Source of the DNA: Candidatus Multivoradales bacterium
GTDB taxonomy: Bacteria; Acidobacteriota; Thermoanaerobaculia; Multivoradales; J023
Assembly: GCA_965248925.1 (NCBI GenBank)
Contig: CBDFLE010000006.1
Coordinates: 1,280,001 to 1,344,000 of the forward strand
Direction: 5' to 3'
Length of the DNA: 64,000 nucleotides
Within the stretch, counting starts at the first letter, position 1, and each line of letters begins with the position of its first letter. Below the pieces are notes generated by a model. That model searched no databases, was not told where the DNA came from, and worked only from the letters and a program-made list of their open reading frames with translations. Shown piece after piece: positions 1-10,215 of the stretch. The position numbers and the translations under genes were made by a program.

Positions 1-2231
1 CACCAGCACTGACCCAGCCGATACCGAGAACGAGGTGACACACCGCGTAGACGACGACGCACCAGGCGAGACACCTGCCTGCGCGCCCTCGTTGAAAGCG
101 ATGGTGCCGGAGCCACTACCGATTCCGTACTAATTCCCAGAAGAAAGTGTCTCATTCTCATTGACACATTCCGCATGACCTGCGCAATGTCCGCTGCTGG
201 AAACAGGAAGGTGAAGGGAGAAATCCCTGCTACGGGCTGCCCTCGTAGCTCCAGAACGTGGAATTGGAGCCATTCTTTCTTACCTTCAGCTGACGCCTCA
301 CGTACAAATTCCTCGAGCGCCGAAGCGTTGCTGCGCGAAGATGCTGTCTCGGCGAGGTCTATCCCTGTCGCTTGTACAGCCTGACCGTCGCCCAGTAGCC
401 GGCGGAACGCCAGGATTCCCAACAACCCGCGCCACTGCGCCACCGTTCGTGATCTGCCAGTCTTGTCAGATAGGAGCTTGGTTTCGAACAGATAGGCTCT
501 CGCCCAGGGCGAGGAGATCGGATTAAACAAGGCCGCGTCTCCGTCACCCACCTTGAGCCCATCTCCTATCTTGGCGAGAAGCTCTCGGCCGCCGTGGGTA
601 AACTCACCAGCATGGGCGAAGACCTCCGGCTCCCACTCCAGACGCGGCAGATAGCGGCTCTGTACGCTTGAGTCATGATCGCGGACTACTCCAGGTTGGA
701 CAACGCCGACCTGCGCCAGGTTGGCTTGCACTAACCCCTGTACCGCCGGAGAGGCAAAGAAGAGCAAACGACCTAGGGGTGAGCGGCGTGCGTCGCTGCC
801 CATCAAATCTGTGGGGGAGATACGATCCATCGCCGTGCAGATCTGGTGGTAGTAGTCTTCTTCGGCTTCTCCGATCATCAGCAATGAAGGTAGAAGGGCA
901 GCGCTGGCCCCAAGGTCAGTGTTCGGATCGATGGCCTTGAGCTGATCCGGACCCAAGGCCAATAGGCTCGGGTGGTCACTGCTTCCATTCCCGGAGGGCA
1001 CCGAGCGCAAGACCTCTGTGAGCCAACGAAGGTACTCGTCGCAAGCGTCCTCTATGATCCTCCTATCGTCGGCAGGCAACGAACGCTGAACTCCTTCTTC
1101 GTACCAGGGGTATCCCTCAAACCGTCCGTTGTGTAGCCCCGGCAATAAGTGACCACGGAGAAAGCTAGTTAGAATAGTCAGCTCCAAGAAGCCCGATCGG
1201 ACGCGGTCCTTCTCGCTTTTCCCCTCAACAGGCAGAGTTCCCCAGTTGATACCCAATTGCCGACGGCTCTCTCCGTCCCCGCTCTTGACAGTGGACTCTA
1301 CATACGAGCAGACGCCCGAACGATGCTCGCTGGAAGTGAAGAAATCAAGCGCTGCAAGGGCGGTCGTCCACTCTACATAGTGAGCTCTGTGGAGCTGCTG
1401 ATTGCCACCCTCGGCAGCACTGTCGCAAGTGACATGGAGCTGCGGGGCTCCCAACAAGTAGATTCGCTCATATTTTGGCAGGTGGCGCGAGTAGTGCTGA
1501 AGAATCGACCTCGCGTGAGAAATCAACCTGTTGACTTGCGGACCGTTCTCTCCTTTGTTGCCTTCTCCTCGCCATTGGAAGTATGGACCCACGAAGGCGG
1601 CGCCCAGGCAAAGCTGTGTTTGGCGAGTTGCGAACTCTGGCCTGACGCTGGCCAGTTCATCGCTAGCCAGAAATGCGGGCATGAACGGCAACCCCGAGGC
1701 ACCCGTGCCACCGAAGACGGAACCCACCACGAAAATTCTCGTCGGCTGGCCATGTTGCAACTCTTCAGCGAGTGCATTCACCGTGCGGCGAAGCCCGCTC
1801 TCTTCGTCGCTTAGGCTAGCTCGCAACAACCGACGGAGAATCAGCGAACCAATCTCGGGGTGTTGATAGCAGCCCTTGCTGAGATCGAGTTCCTCATACT
1901 CGCTCGAATAAAAAAGGCGCAGGAAGCGCTGCCCGCCTTCGCTTACAGACGACCACTGTAAAGCCTCACCAAAGGTCATTGCCGCCTCGGGCGCCTTCCA
2001 GACTTGAAGCTCCATCTTATCTCTGAACATCCTCCCTTCCGAAGCGTGGCCATGCAACTCGCGGTATCGAGTGATGATCTCTCGGGTTCGATCGAGATTG
2101 CCGTTGCTCTGGTCGAGATCAATAAGTAGAAAGCGGAGCTTCTCCCTGAACGCTCCGGTTGCGCCAAGATGAGCTATAGCCTCGGCGCAGCGGGCACCAG
2201 TACCACCGATCGCGATCACCGTATATGTCAT
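1..2231 (-). CDS. FtsZ/tubulin-like GTPase (Tubulin_2/FtsZ-like) fused in frame to a C-terminal partner domain; 3' end at or beyond the window edge
   Basis: Manual translation from ATG 2231 (ATGA overlap with the upstream stop) gives MTYTVIAIGGTGARCAEAIAHL...LIDLDQSNGN...IFVVGSVFGGTGASG (1692-1724)...PYF...HYVEW, then YLPRL...SPWARAYLF...QWRGLLGILAF. There is no complete stop down to position 1, which explains its absence from the ORF track. Confidence 0.88.
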   Translation of the reverse strand, partial: MTYTVIAIGGTGARCAEAIAHLGATGAFREKLRFLLIDLDQSNGNLDRTREIITRYRELHGHASEGRMFRDKMELQVWKAPEAAMTFGEALQWSSVSEGGQRFLRLFYSSEYEELDLSKGCYQHPEIGSLILRRLLRASLSDEESGLRRTVNALAEELQHGQPTRIFVVGSVFGGTGASGLPFMPAFLASDELASVRPEFATRQTQLCLGAAFVGPYFQWRGEGNKGENGPQVNRLISHARSILQHYSRHLPKYERIYLLGAPQLHVTCDSAAEGGNQQLHRAHYVEWTTALAALDFFTSSEHRSGVCSYVESTVKSGDGESRRQLGINWGTLPVEGKSEKDRVRSGFLELTILTSFLRGHLLPGLHNGRFEGYPWYEEGVQRSLPADDRRIIEDACDEYLRWLTEVLRSVPSGNGSSDHPSLLALGPDQLKAIDPNTDLGASAALLPSLLMIGEAEEDYYHQICTAMDRISPTDLMGSDARRSPLGRLLFFASPAVQGLVQANLAQVGVVQPGVVRDHDSSVQSRYLPRLEWEPEVFAHAGEFTHGGRELLAKIGDGLKVGDGDAALFNPISSPWARAYLFETKLLSDKTGRSRTVAQWRGLLGILAFRRLLGDGQAVQATGIDLAETASSRSNASALEEFVREASAEGKKEWLQFHVLELRGQPVAGISPFTFLFPAADIAQVMRNVSMRMRHFLLGISTESVVAPAPSLSTRARRQVSRLVRRRLRGVSPRSRYRLGQCW

Positions 2232-2731
2232 TCTGAGTCTCCAATCTCGTCCCAGGACCGAGGCTGGCGGGGAACAGGGGGCCACAGAGCCCGCCTGCCA
2301 GACCAGCGGTAAACCCTTAGAAAGTTCCAAGTAAGGCCGTACCAGCCCACCAAGCAAAGAGTCAAGAGCAGGCAATGCCGGAGACTCAACCACAGAGAGA
2401 GGCCGGTCCAGACCTTGGCACCACCAACACTGCTACCCTTCCAGGCGAAGACCACCTCCCAAAGGACGAGAACAGCCAGCCCGCACACCAGAGTGACTTT
2501 TCTCACCTGACTCGGATAGTGCTGGTCAGATCGATGTCTGATCGTTCGCAAAAAGGCTACGCTCGCAGCTGCTGCGATTGCGACATACAGCAAGGTACTC
2601 GGAAACATCCCAGCCAAGATCTGATCCTGCTCAAGTCCACTTAGCCCTTCTTCATTGCAACCAACAACGAACAGCAAGGGTAGGATTAACCCAAAGGATC
2701 GAGAAACGCTTCTTCGAAGATTTCTGGCCAT
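2228..2731 (-). CDS. Small membrane protein, possible lipoprotein signal
   Basis: 167-aa ORF with LFVVGC lipobox-like motif and several hydrophobic segments; coupled to the tubulin-like gene. Confidence 0.7.
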   Translation of the reverse strand: MARNLRRSVSRSFGLILPLLFVVGCNEEGLSGLEQDQILAGMFPSTLLYVAIAAAASVAFLRTIRHRSDQHYPSQVRKVTLVCGLAVLVLWEVVFAWKGSSVGGAKVWTGLSLWLSLRHCLLLTLCLVGWYGLTWNFLRVYRWSGRRALWPPVPRQPRSWDEIGDSE

Positions 2732-2762
2732 GACGTTCAGTTCCTCCTGCGATACGAATGGC

Positions 2763-4637
2763 TCACGGGCGATATACCGTCAGATAGAGTTCGGGCGCCG
2801 AGCCCTCCGCCGCCACCCGCTCTAGATGGGCTGCGGTCAACGCTCCGATCAGCTCAGCAAACCGATAGGTTCTGTGGGTCTGCGATGGTTCTGAATCGTC
2901 TACGGTTGATAGCCTGTAGACCTCAGGGCGGAGCTCCCGAATCCGCGGCACGAGACGAATCCTATAGAGGCCGGACTTCAGGTCAATTCCGCCAATGTTA
3001 AGGCTTATTTTGACATCCGTCGGTTCAACAGCTATATCTGGTACGTCGATTGCGGACGAATCGCCTGTCAGTTCCGAGGCCGGTTCAACCGCTCGAGAAA
3101 GCGCACTCTTTCCGGTGAGCCCTCTCAGTTGCTTCACCAGAGGAGCTAGCCCCGCCTGGCTACCGGAGGCGGCGAGCTCGAGGTAGTAGGTCCGCTCTTC
3201 CAACTGAGCTCGGTGGAAGGCATCGATGGCCGCGAGAATAAAGAATGGGGCCAGCTCACGATCGCTATCGCTCAAGACATCAATCTGGCGGCGGCTAGCG
3301 GCTAGACTCGCGCAGTAGAGTCGGCGCGGCTGGGCACAAAGGCTGTTCAGTGCCCGCCACTGCAGTTCTTCTCCGGTGTTTGCTCGCCGAGCCAAGAAGG
3401 AACTGCTCGATCGGTACAGCCGGGAGAGGTCCTCAGAGCAGGTTCGGCTGCCGATCAGAGGTTCGAAATCCACGGCACGTCGCGCCAGAGAAGACTCGCT
3501 GTATGCCACCGGCGGCACCACTTGGGCGACAGTGGAGCTTTCCGACACCCACGGCTGCCAACCACTGTTCTGCTTGAGTTCATGGCGCTCGAGTTCCACC
3601 ACCCAATCGAGCAGGTCGGCTGGGAAGCTGGGTGCTAATGCTGGGCGCACAGTGGCGACAAATGGGGAGGTGACCTTCGTCGACTCGACCATCAGCCAGG
3701 GCCAGCCACCTTCCATGTCGTAGTTTGGCACTGGGTCAAACTCAACTGTTGATACCCCTATGTGAGTCTTAGCGGCAGGCGCAAGCAGATAGGAATATAC
3801 TTCTCCTGATTCGCCGCTCTTCAAGACACTTTCTAGGGAATAATGGAGATCCGCAGAGGGGCTGAGCACGAAGACGTAGAACGGTCTTTCTACCCTACCG
3901 CAGTGGAAGGGGATAAGCTGGCTCCCCCGCTTGACCGCACGCGATTCAGAGTGAAACCAGCGTTCCGCCTCGGCACAGTACGAGCTACCAAGGATCTCGC
4001 ATGGAATTCCGTAGAACTCACTGGTAAGCGCGAAGATGCCAAGGACCCAACCGTCGTCGAGCAGTGCGTTTAGCGCTTCCACAACCGGTAGCACCCCGGC
4101 GGCCTCGGCCGGCGAGAAGACGGCGTCTGTAACCAGCACTAGTGGGCGAGGATCTTCTTCGCTTGCCAACGCGCGGAACAGCAGGTCGTCGTGGTTGTTG
4201 GCTCCGCTATAGCTGGCGGGGTTTTCGAACTCGCGGCCAAGACCCAGCGGTTGGGGTACCAAGAGGTTCTCAAGAGACGCCCCAAGTCCCGCGGATCGCA
4301 GACCATGACTCAGCAATTGGTGATTCGGCAGCCTTGCAGCGAGTTCTCGCAAACTGCGGTTAAACCGACTCAAGGGCTGCCCGTCTGGGGCCGCGAATCC
4401 CGCCATTGACTTCGTCCAATCCACTACTAGGCGGGACCTACCCACTGGCACCGGCGGCTGAACGGCAACTTGCAACTCGGTCTGGATCACGTGTCGGGAG
4501 GCCCGCGCAACTCGCATCCTGTCACTGTCGAACATGCCGCAAGTCGCTAGCAGCAGCGCGCAGCTTACGACCACCAGGCCGCCTGTGATGTCGTGTCGCT
4601 GCCGCGGTGGCGTTTTTCTTCCTTTATTGACAGCCAT
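2763..4637 (-). CDS. VWA-like domain lipoprotein
   Basis: 624 aa; LLLATC lipobox; MIDAS-like LVVDWTKSMAGF and LVLVTDAVFS. Confidence 0.7.
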   Translation of the reverse strand: MAVNKGRKTPPRQRHDITGGLVVVSCALLLATCGMFDSDRMRVARASRHVIQTELQVAVQPPVPVGRSRLVVDWTKSMAGFAAPDGQPLSRFNRSLRELAARLPNHQLLSHGLRSAGLGASLENLLVPQPLGLGREFENPASYSGANNHDDLLFRALASEEDPRPLVLVTDAVFSPAEAAGVLPVVEALNALLDDGWVLGIFALTSEFYGIPCEILGSSYCAEAERWFHSESRAVKRGSQLIPFHCGRVERPFYVFVLSPSADLHYSLESVLKSGESGEVYSYLLAPAAKTHIGVSTVEFDPVPNYDMEGGWPWLMVESTKVTSPFVATVRPALAPSFPADLLDWVVELERHELKQNSGWQPWVSESSTVAQVVPPVAYSESSLARRAVDFEPLIGSRTCSEDLSRLYRSSSSFLARRANTGEELQWRALNSLCAQPRRLYCASLAASRRQIDVLSDSDRELAPFFILAAIDAFHRAQLEERTYYLELAASGSQAGLAPLVKQLRGLTGKSALSRAVEPASELTGDSSAIDVPDIAVEPTDVKISLNIGGIDLKSGLYRIRLVPRIRELRPEVYRLSTVDDSEPSQTHRTYRFAELIGALTAAHLERVAAEGSAPELYLTVYRP

Positions 4638-5105
4638 TCCTTGAGTACTCCACTTGACTAGGTACTATCCAGAGCGAGATCTGCCTCTTCGAGGGACCAT
4701 CGATCTTGCTGGGAACTCTCGGGGTTGAGTTCTTTGGGGATCGCGAGGCTGGTGCCTGGTGCTGAAAGACCTGCAAATCCAAACGTCAAGACGCCCAAGA
4801 AGGACAAGAGAGGGCTCTAGGCGGAGTAGACCGCTGGCCCATATCGATGTAGTCGCCTGGTGAAGGACCCACACAGAATCCAAGGCTGACAACAGCAGGC
4901 AAATCACCTATACTGTCGGCGTTCGTACAACAATGAAGATGGATGCCTTGAGGGAGCGGCGCCAACACGTTCCATTGGTCCTTCCCGGCACTCGTGCGAG
5001 CGGGGGTTCCAATGGGCAGTTCCGCAAAACCTCAGTTGGAGCGTCCTGGGCCGCCATTGCGTGGGAAGGACTCCGGGGCTCAGCACGGCTGACTCCCCCC
5101 CTTAG

Positions 5106-5693
5106 ATGACCAAACTCACCGCAGACAGCGAGATCACCGAACTACTTCTAGCTTGGCGCAACGGCGAGCCGGAAGCACTCGATCGTCTGGCCCCCCTTGT
5201 TTTGGACGAGTTGCGCAAGATCGCGACAAGCCGGCTCAGAAGCGAGCGGGACGACCACACTCTCCAGCCGACAGCCCTGGTCAACGAGGTCTTTATACAG
5301 CTCATCGACAAGCAACGAGTCCATTGGAAGAACCGGGTCCACTTCTTCGCCGTTGCTGCCAAAATGATGCGCCACATTCTGGTCGACCACGCTCGCAGCC
5401 TGGGAACCCAAAAACGCGGCGGAGGTGTGCTGACAATTTCCATCGAAGACGCCCACAAACTGGGCCGGGAGCGTGGTATCGATTTGATCGCCCTTGATCT
5501 GGCTCTCGACAAGTTGGAGTTGATGGACAAACGACAAGCCCAGGTAGTCGAGATGCGTTTCTTCGCCGGCCTCGAAGTCAAGGAGGTCGCCGCAGAGCTC
5601 AGTATCTCGGCTACCCAAGTCAAACGAGACTGGCGAACTGCCAAACTCTGGCTGATCCGGGAGCTGACCGACACCTCACCTTCGAAGACTTAG
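5106..5693 (+). CDS. ECF sigma factor, kinase-associated type (ECF43/TIGR02999-like)
   Basis: ITELLLAWRNG...HTLQPTALVNE...HFFAVAAKMMRHILVDHAR...RFFAGL...VKRDWRTAKLWL. Confidence 0.93.
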   Translation: MTKLTADSEITELLLAWRNGEPEALDRLAPLVLDELRKIATSRLRSERDDHTLQPTALVNEVFIQLIDKQRVHWKNRVHFFAVAAKMMRHILVDHARSLGTQKRGGGVLTISIEDAHKLGRERGIDLIALDLALDKLELMDKRQAQVVEMRFFAGLEVKEVAAELSISATQVKRDWRTAKLWLIRELTDTSPSKT

Positions 5694-5852
5694 ACTAAGC
5701 CGTCGCTTCAAACCGAGCGCGCCAAGACTCACCATAGAAAGGCTCTCAGTCTTGGTCTCCCAACATGAAGGATCTCGCATATACCCGTAGGCACAACACT
5801 ATCTAGTCACGGATCTCGTCTACCACAGACGGTCCTAACGGTATGGAGTCCC

Positions 5853-8453
5853 GTGGAACCGAAACGTTGGCAGCTCGTAAAGCATATTCTCGATCAAGCA
5901 CTCGACGTTGAAAAAGGTGAGCTGCCGTCCCTAATGGTAGCGCTATGCCATGACGACAAAGCGTTGCAGCGAGAAGTGGAGTCGCTGCTCAGGGGACGTG
6001 AGAAGGTAGATCGATTCTTCGATGACCCTCTTCTAAGGCTGCGGTTTGCTGATACTACTGACTTCTCCTCTATCGAGCATCCGGATGAGCAGCAGGGGTT
6101 CCGCATCGGTCCCTACGAGCTACGCGAGCCCATTGGGCGAGGCGGCATGGGTGCGGTCTATCTGGCGACCCGAATCGACCAAGAGTACGAAGGACAAGTC
6201 GCGATCAAGATTCTCAAGCGTGGCATGGACTCCGCTGAGATCGTCCACCGCTTCCGCAACGAGCGGCAGATTCTCGCCAACCTAAATCACAACCATATCG
6301 CGCGCCTCTATGATGGCGGCACCACCGACGATGGTCGCCCCTATCTGGTGATGGAGTACGTCGACGGCACCACCGTCGACGTCTACTGCGATCAGCACCG
6401 GCTGTCCGCCTATCAACGTCTCAAGATTTTTCTCCAGATCTGCGAGGCCGTGGACTTCGCCCACCGCAATTTTGTCGTCCATCGGGATCTCAAACCGGGA
6501 AACATACTGGTCACTGTCGATGGCGTGCCCAAGCTCCTGGACTTCGGCATCGCCAAGCTTCTCGCTCCAGAGGTAGGCAGTAATTTTACCGCCGACCAAG
6601 GCTTGCGCATCATGACGCCTGCATACGCCAGCCCGGAACAGATCCGGGGCGAGGCAGTCACCACTGCCAGCGATACCTACTCGCTCGGCGTATTACTATA
6701 CGAGCTTTTGACGGGACGGCGTCCGTTTCACCTGCCCACCAGTCAGTGGGTTGAAGCGGCCCGGTTGTTGGAGGAACAGGAGCCCGTACCCCCGAGCGTC
6801 GTCGTGAGTCGCCACCAGGAGATGCTACTCCCTGACGGTAGCAAGAAATCGATCACGCCAGAGCAAGTCAGCGAGAACCGTTCCACCAGCCCTGGCAAGC
6901 TACGGAAGCTGCTACTCGGAGACATCGACAGTATCCTTATCAAGGCGCTTAAAAAGAATCCGTCCGATCGGTACAGCTCAGCGGCGGATTTGCTCGACGA
7001 CCTGAGGCGGTTCCTCAGTGGCAGACCGGTATCTGCGCAACGACTGACCGTCGGCTACAAAACAGCCAAGTTCCTGCGGCGCCACCGAGTCGCCATCGGC
7101 GTCCTGTTAGCCGTATTCCTCGCTCTCGGCAGCGTTCTGTATGCAGGCATGCAGCGCGCCAAAGCGGAACGAGAGCTCCTGCACAGCATGGATCAGCAGA
7201 AAAAGGCGCGATTGGAAACGCGAAAAGCGGAAAAGCTCGAAGACTTCTTAATCCTGTTCCTGTCCGGGTCAGATCCGGACAAGGAACGCTGGCGCAACGC
7301 TCGCCTGCGCGATGTGCTCGACCGCGGCGCCGCGCTCGTACCGGACGAACTCGACTCCATTCCCGAAGTACAAAGTACCTTGAGCAGTACGATCGGCCGC
7401 GTGTACCACAGCCTCGGACTGTTCTCGAGGGCGCGACCGCTGTTGGAAGCTAGCCTCAGGGCACGACTGGAGATACTTGGTCCGCAACACGAGCAAGTAG
7501 CGTACAGCGAAATCCATCTAGGCCGCCTCTACACCGATCTCCGCCTACTCGACCGCGCCGAGGAGCTGACCCGGCGGGGTCTGCGGAGCCTGCGCAACGC
7601 GGACAGCGCCCAGCAGCCATGGATTCTCAAGGCCGAGAACAATCTGGCCGCGATTTTCCAGATGCGTGGAGATCTTGCCGCCGCCGAGACCTTGTACCTG
7701 AAGGTTCTCAACCGGAAACGCAAGTTCCATGGTAAAGAACATCCTGCTGTCGCATTGGGGCTTCACAATCTAGCAGCTGTGGTTGCGGAACAGGGACGTT
7801 ACGAGGAGGCCAAAGAACTCTATACACAGTCCATCGCGATGAGGGAAGTCTTAGGGACCACTGAATCGCAGAGTATGGCGAAAACTCTGAGCAACTTAGG
7901 AGTACTAATGCAAAGCCAGATGGACCTTGATAAAGCATCTGATCTCTTTCACAGAAGCCTTGGAATCCGTAGACGACTCTTCCCGCGCGGCGACAATCGC
8001 GGCATCGCCATTACCCTGAACAACTTGGGAGTAACGCAGCATCTGCTCCGCGACTTGGAGATGGCAGGAGAGAGTTTTGACAGTGTGCTTGAGATACTAG
8101 AAAAGGCAGGTAGCGAGGGAGTTCTACTTGGTATAGTTCTCCGCAATCAAGCCAGTCTTATCGTTGACGAAGGGGCCTTCGATCGTGCCGACCTCAAAAT
8201 CCGACAGGCAATTAGAATACTCGAGAGGAATTTGCAAGACGACTCTTGGCGTCTCGCAGACGCCCGAAGCGTCCTCGGCGGTGTCTTGACAGGAATGGAA
8301 AGGTTTACCGAAGCAGAACAACTGTTGACGGATACTTTGAAAATCCTCCGGGCCCAGAGCGCCGCATGCCCAAGGCAGTTTCGTGAGGCAAGCCAGAGAC
8401 TACGTGATCTCTATACTAAGTGGGACAGGTCAGATGCGTCCCGGAGTCTGTAG
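5853..8453 (+). CDS. Membrane Ser/Thr protein kinase with C-terminal TPR repeats
   Basis: GRGGMG, VAIK, HRDLKPGN, DFG and TPAYASPEQ motifs; one TM helix; NNLA/HNLA/SNLG TPRs. Confidence 0.95.
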   Translation: MEPKRWQLVKHILDQALDVEKGELPSLMVALCHDDKALQREVESLLRGREKVDRFFDDPLLRLRFADTTDFSSIEHPDEQQGFRIGPYELREPIGRGGMGAVYLATRIDQEYEGQVAIKILKRGMDSAEIVHRFRNERQILANLNHNHIARLYDGGTTDDGRPYLVMEYVDGTTVDVYCDQHRLSAYQRLKIFLQICEAVDFAHRNFVVHRDLKPGNILVTVDGVPKLLDFGIAKLLAPEVGSNFTADQGLRIMTPAYASPEQIRGEAVTTASDTYSLGVLLYELLTGRRPFHLPTSQWVEAARLLEEQEPVPPSVVVSRHQEMLLPDGSKKSITPEQVSENRSTSPGKLRKLLLGDIDSILIKALKKNPSDRYSSAADLLDDLRRFLSGRPVSAQRLTVGYKTAKFLRRHRVAIGVLLAVFLALGSVLYAGMQRAKAERELLHSMDQQKKARLETRKAEKLEDFLILFLSGSDPDKERWRNARLRDVLDRGAALVPDELDSIPEVQSTLSSTIGRVYHSLGLFSRARPLLEASLRARLEILGPQHEQVAYSEIHLGRLYTDLRLLDRAEELTRRGLRSLRNADSAQQPWILKAENNLAAIFQMRGDLAAAETLYLKVLNRKRKFHGKEHPAVALGLHNLAAVVAEQGRYEEAKELYTQSIAMREVLGTTESQSMAKTLSNLGVLMQSQMDLDKASDLFHRSLGIRRRLFPRGDNRGIAITLNNLGVTQHLLRDLEMAGESFDSVLEILEKAGSEGVLLGIVLRNQASLIVDEGAFDRADLKIRQAIRILERNLQDDSWRLADARSVLGGVLTGMERFTEAEQLLTDTLKILRAQSAACPRQFREASQRLRDLYTKWDRSDASRSL

Positions 8454-8628
8454 AGAACAGACAACGGCACAGAGCTTCCGTTTGATTCAGGGTTGGGTTA
8501 ACCAACTTTGTAGGCAGGGCTCCTACCTAATTGGAATCGAGTTGGAATGCGAAGGGACCGTCGGCACATAAATCTGCCTGGCTAGCAAACGCGATGTTTC
8601 GGCCATCGACCTCGAACTCAAGCAGAGT

Positions 8629-9831
8629 GTGATCTTCCAGTGCACATTGATTCCCTCCCTTGGCGACCAGAGAGCCCGCAAAGCCTCCAGCACCACCGCT
8701 GGCAGCAGTCACCATGAGTCAGTGGTCTGCCGAGCGGCAGCTACTCCGCCACCGGCCCGGCCACTTACAGGTCGGCCCGGCCTGATCCAGCGCGAAACTC
8801 GTTACGCCCTCAAACTAGAGGTCGAAACCTTGCGCTCAGCCCTCGAACCCCGCATCTTGGGGACTTCATCGGTGATCGAAAAAATGCTCCAGCTGATCGA
8901 ACGGGCCGCCCCCACCGATGCCCGAGTACTGATCTGTGGCGAATCGGGGACCGGCAAAGAACTGGTCGCCGACGCCCTGCACCGGCAGAGTCCGCGCCAC
9001 GGCAAACCCTTTATCAAACTCAACTGCGCCGCCGTGCCCGAACAACTGATCGAAGACGAATTGTTCGGCCACGTCAAAGGAGCCTTCACCGACGCCCGTG
9101 GCGCCAAACCGGGCCTGTTCGAGGAGGCCGACGGTGGCACCTTGTTCCTCGACGAGATCGGCGACATGGGCTACCAGCTCCAGGCCCGCCTGCTGCGGGT
9201 GCTCGAAGACGGCCGGGTGCGGCGGGTCGGCGACACCCAGGATCGGGCGGTCGATGTGCGGGTGCTGGCCGCCACCCACCGCGACCTGCTGCAGACCGTT
9301 GCGGATGGCGCTTTTCGCGAGGATCTATACTTCCGCCTCGCCGCTCTGCCCATCGACGTGCCCGCCCTGCGCGAGCGGGAAGGCGATCTCAGGCTGCTCT
9401 TTCTGCACTTCCTCGACCACTTCAGTCGCCATCACCGGATGCGCCCACGGCAAGTCGCCGAGCCGGTGTTCGGGGTGATCAAAAACTACGCCTGGCCCGG
9501 CAACGTGCGCGAGCTACGCAATGTCTGCGAGCGCCTGGTGGTCTTCGGCTGCGACCCGGTGACCCTTGATCAACTACCGCCAGCCCTGTTCGCCGATGGC
9601 CGCCAAGGCGATGCCAACCTGCTGCGCCTCGAGCAGACCTTCCCGCCGATCCCCCTGCGCGAACTCAAGACCCGGGTCGAGAGGGAGTACATCGAGAGCG
9701 TGCTGCAACGCGCCCGGTGGAACTTCACCGCCACCGCCAAGCATCTCGGCATTCAGCGCACCTACCTACACCAGAAGGTGAACACGCTGGGGATCAGCCG
9801 ACCTGAGAACGGTGCCGAGGCGGAGGGCTGA
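8629..9831 (+). CDS. Sigma-54 dependent activator (NtrC-type AAA+ and Fis HTH); N-terminal receiver missing, probably 5'-truncated
   Basis: [27 protein letters not shown] and WPGNVREL motifs; the first ~50 aa are not receiver-like; true start uncertain. Confidence 0.85.
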   Translation: MIFQCTLIPSLGDQRARKASSTTAGSSHHESVVCRAAATPPPARPLTGRPGLIQRETRYALKLEVETLRSALEPRILGTSSVIEKMLQLIERAAPTDARVLICGESGTGKELVADALHRQSPRHGKPFIKLNCAAVPEQLIEDELFGHVKGAFTDARGAKPGLFEEADGGTLFLDEIGDMGYQLQARLLRVLEDGRVRRVGDTQDRAVDVRVLAATHRDLLQTVADGAFREDLYFRLAALPIDVPALREREGDLRLLFLHFLDHFSRHHRMRPRQVAEPVFGVIKNYAWPGNVRELRNVCERLVVFGCDPVTLDQLPPALFADGRQGDANLLRLEQTFPPIPLRELKTRVEREYIESVLQRARWNFTATAKHLGIQRTYLHQKVNTLGISRPENGAEAEG

Positions 9832-9869
9832 ATCTACGACCGGTCGCCCTGATTCGACCGCCCGGCAGC

Positions 9870-10143
9870 GCCCCATCCGCGACACTGGCTACTTCTGTTT
9901 CATCGGTCCCGTAATGTCGAAGCGATCGTCAAAGTGATCGACGCCTGCGGCTCCCAGTTCGACAACTTCTGGGTAGTCACTGCCAGCTTGACCAACGTCG
10001 AAGCCTCTTTGCTGGTACTTGACCGCCAGAGCGGCGAAGTGCGGACCTACCGCAATCCACCAGGGCACCCCCTTCACACCGATTCAGGATACTTCGGCTC
10101 TTGCCACCTGCCCCTGACAGCCTTGCCCCAACAGGATCGGTAG
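9870..10143 (+). pseudogene. Remnant of a C-terminal domain typical of Thermoanaerobaculia secreted proteins
   Basis: DTGYFCFIGP, then a frameshift to NVEAIVKVIDACGSQFDNFWVVTASLTNVE...GEVRTYRNPPG; no start or N-terminal part. Confidence 0.55.
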
Positions 10144-10215
10144 GAGCTCCCCTTCCGCGCCTATCCCAACGGGTAGTGTCAAGCTCGCCGGCTCGTTCTA
10201 CAATCCGCGACTATC

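Noticed and set aside
1257-1814. 185-aa plus-strand ORF and other short ORFs in 175-2167
   Set aside because: Shadows of the minus-strand tubulin-like gene, which carries the recognisable motifs
4665-5086. Short minus-strand ORFs in the divergent intergenic region
   Set aside because: No motifs or RBS and mutually overlapping; more likely promoter DNA
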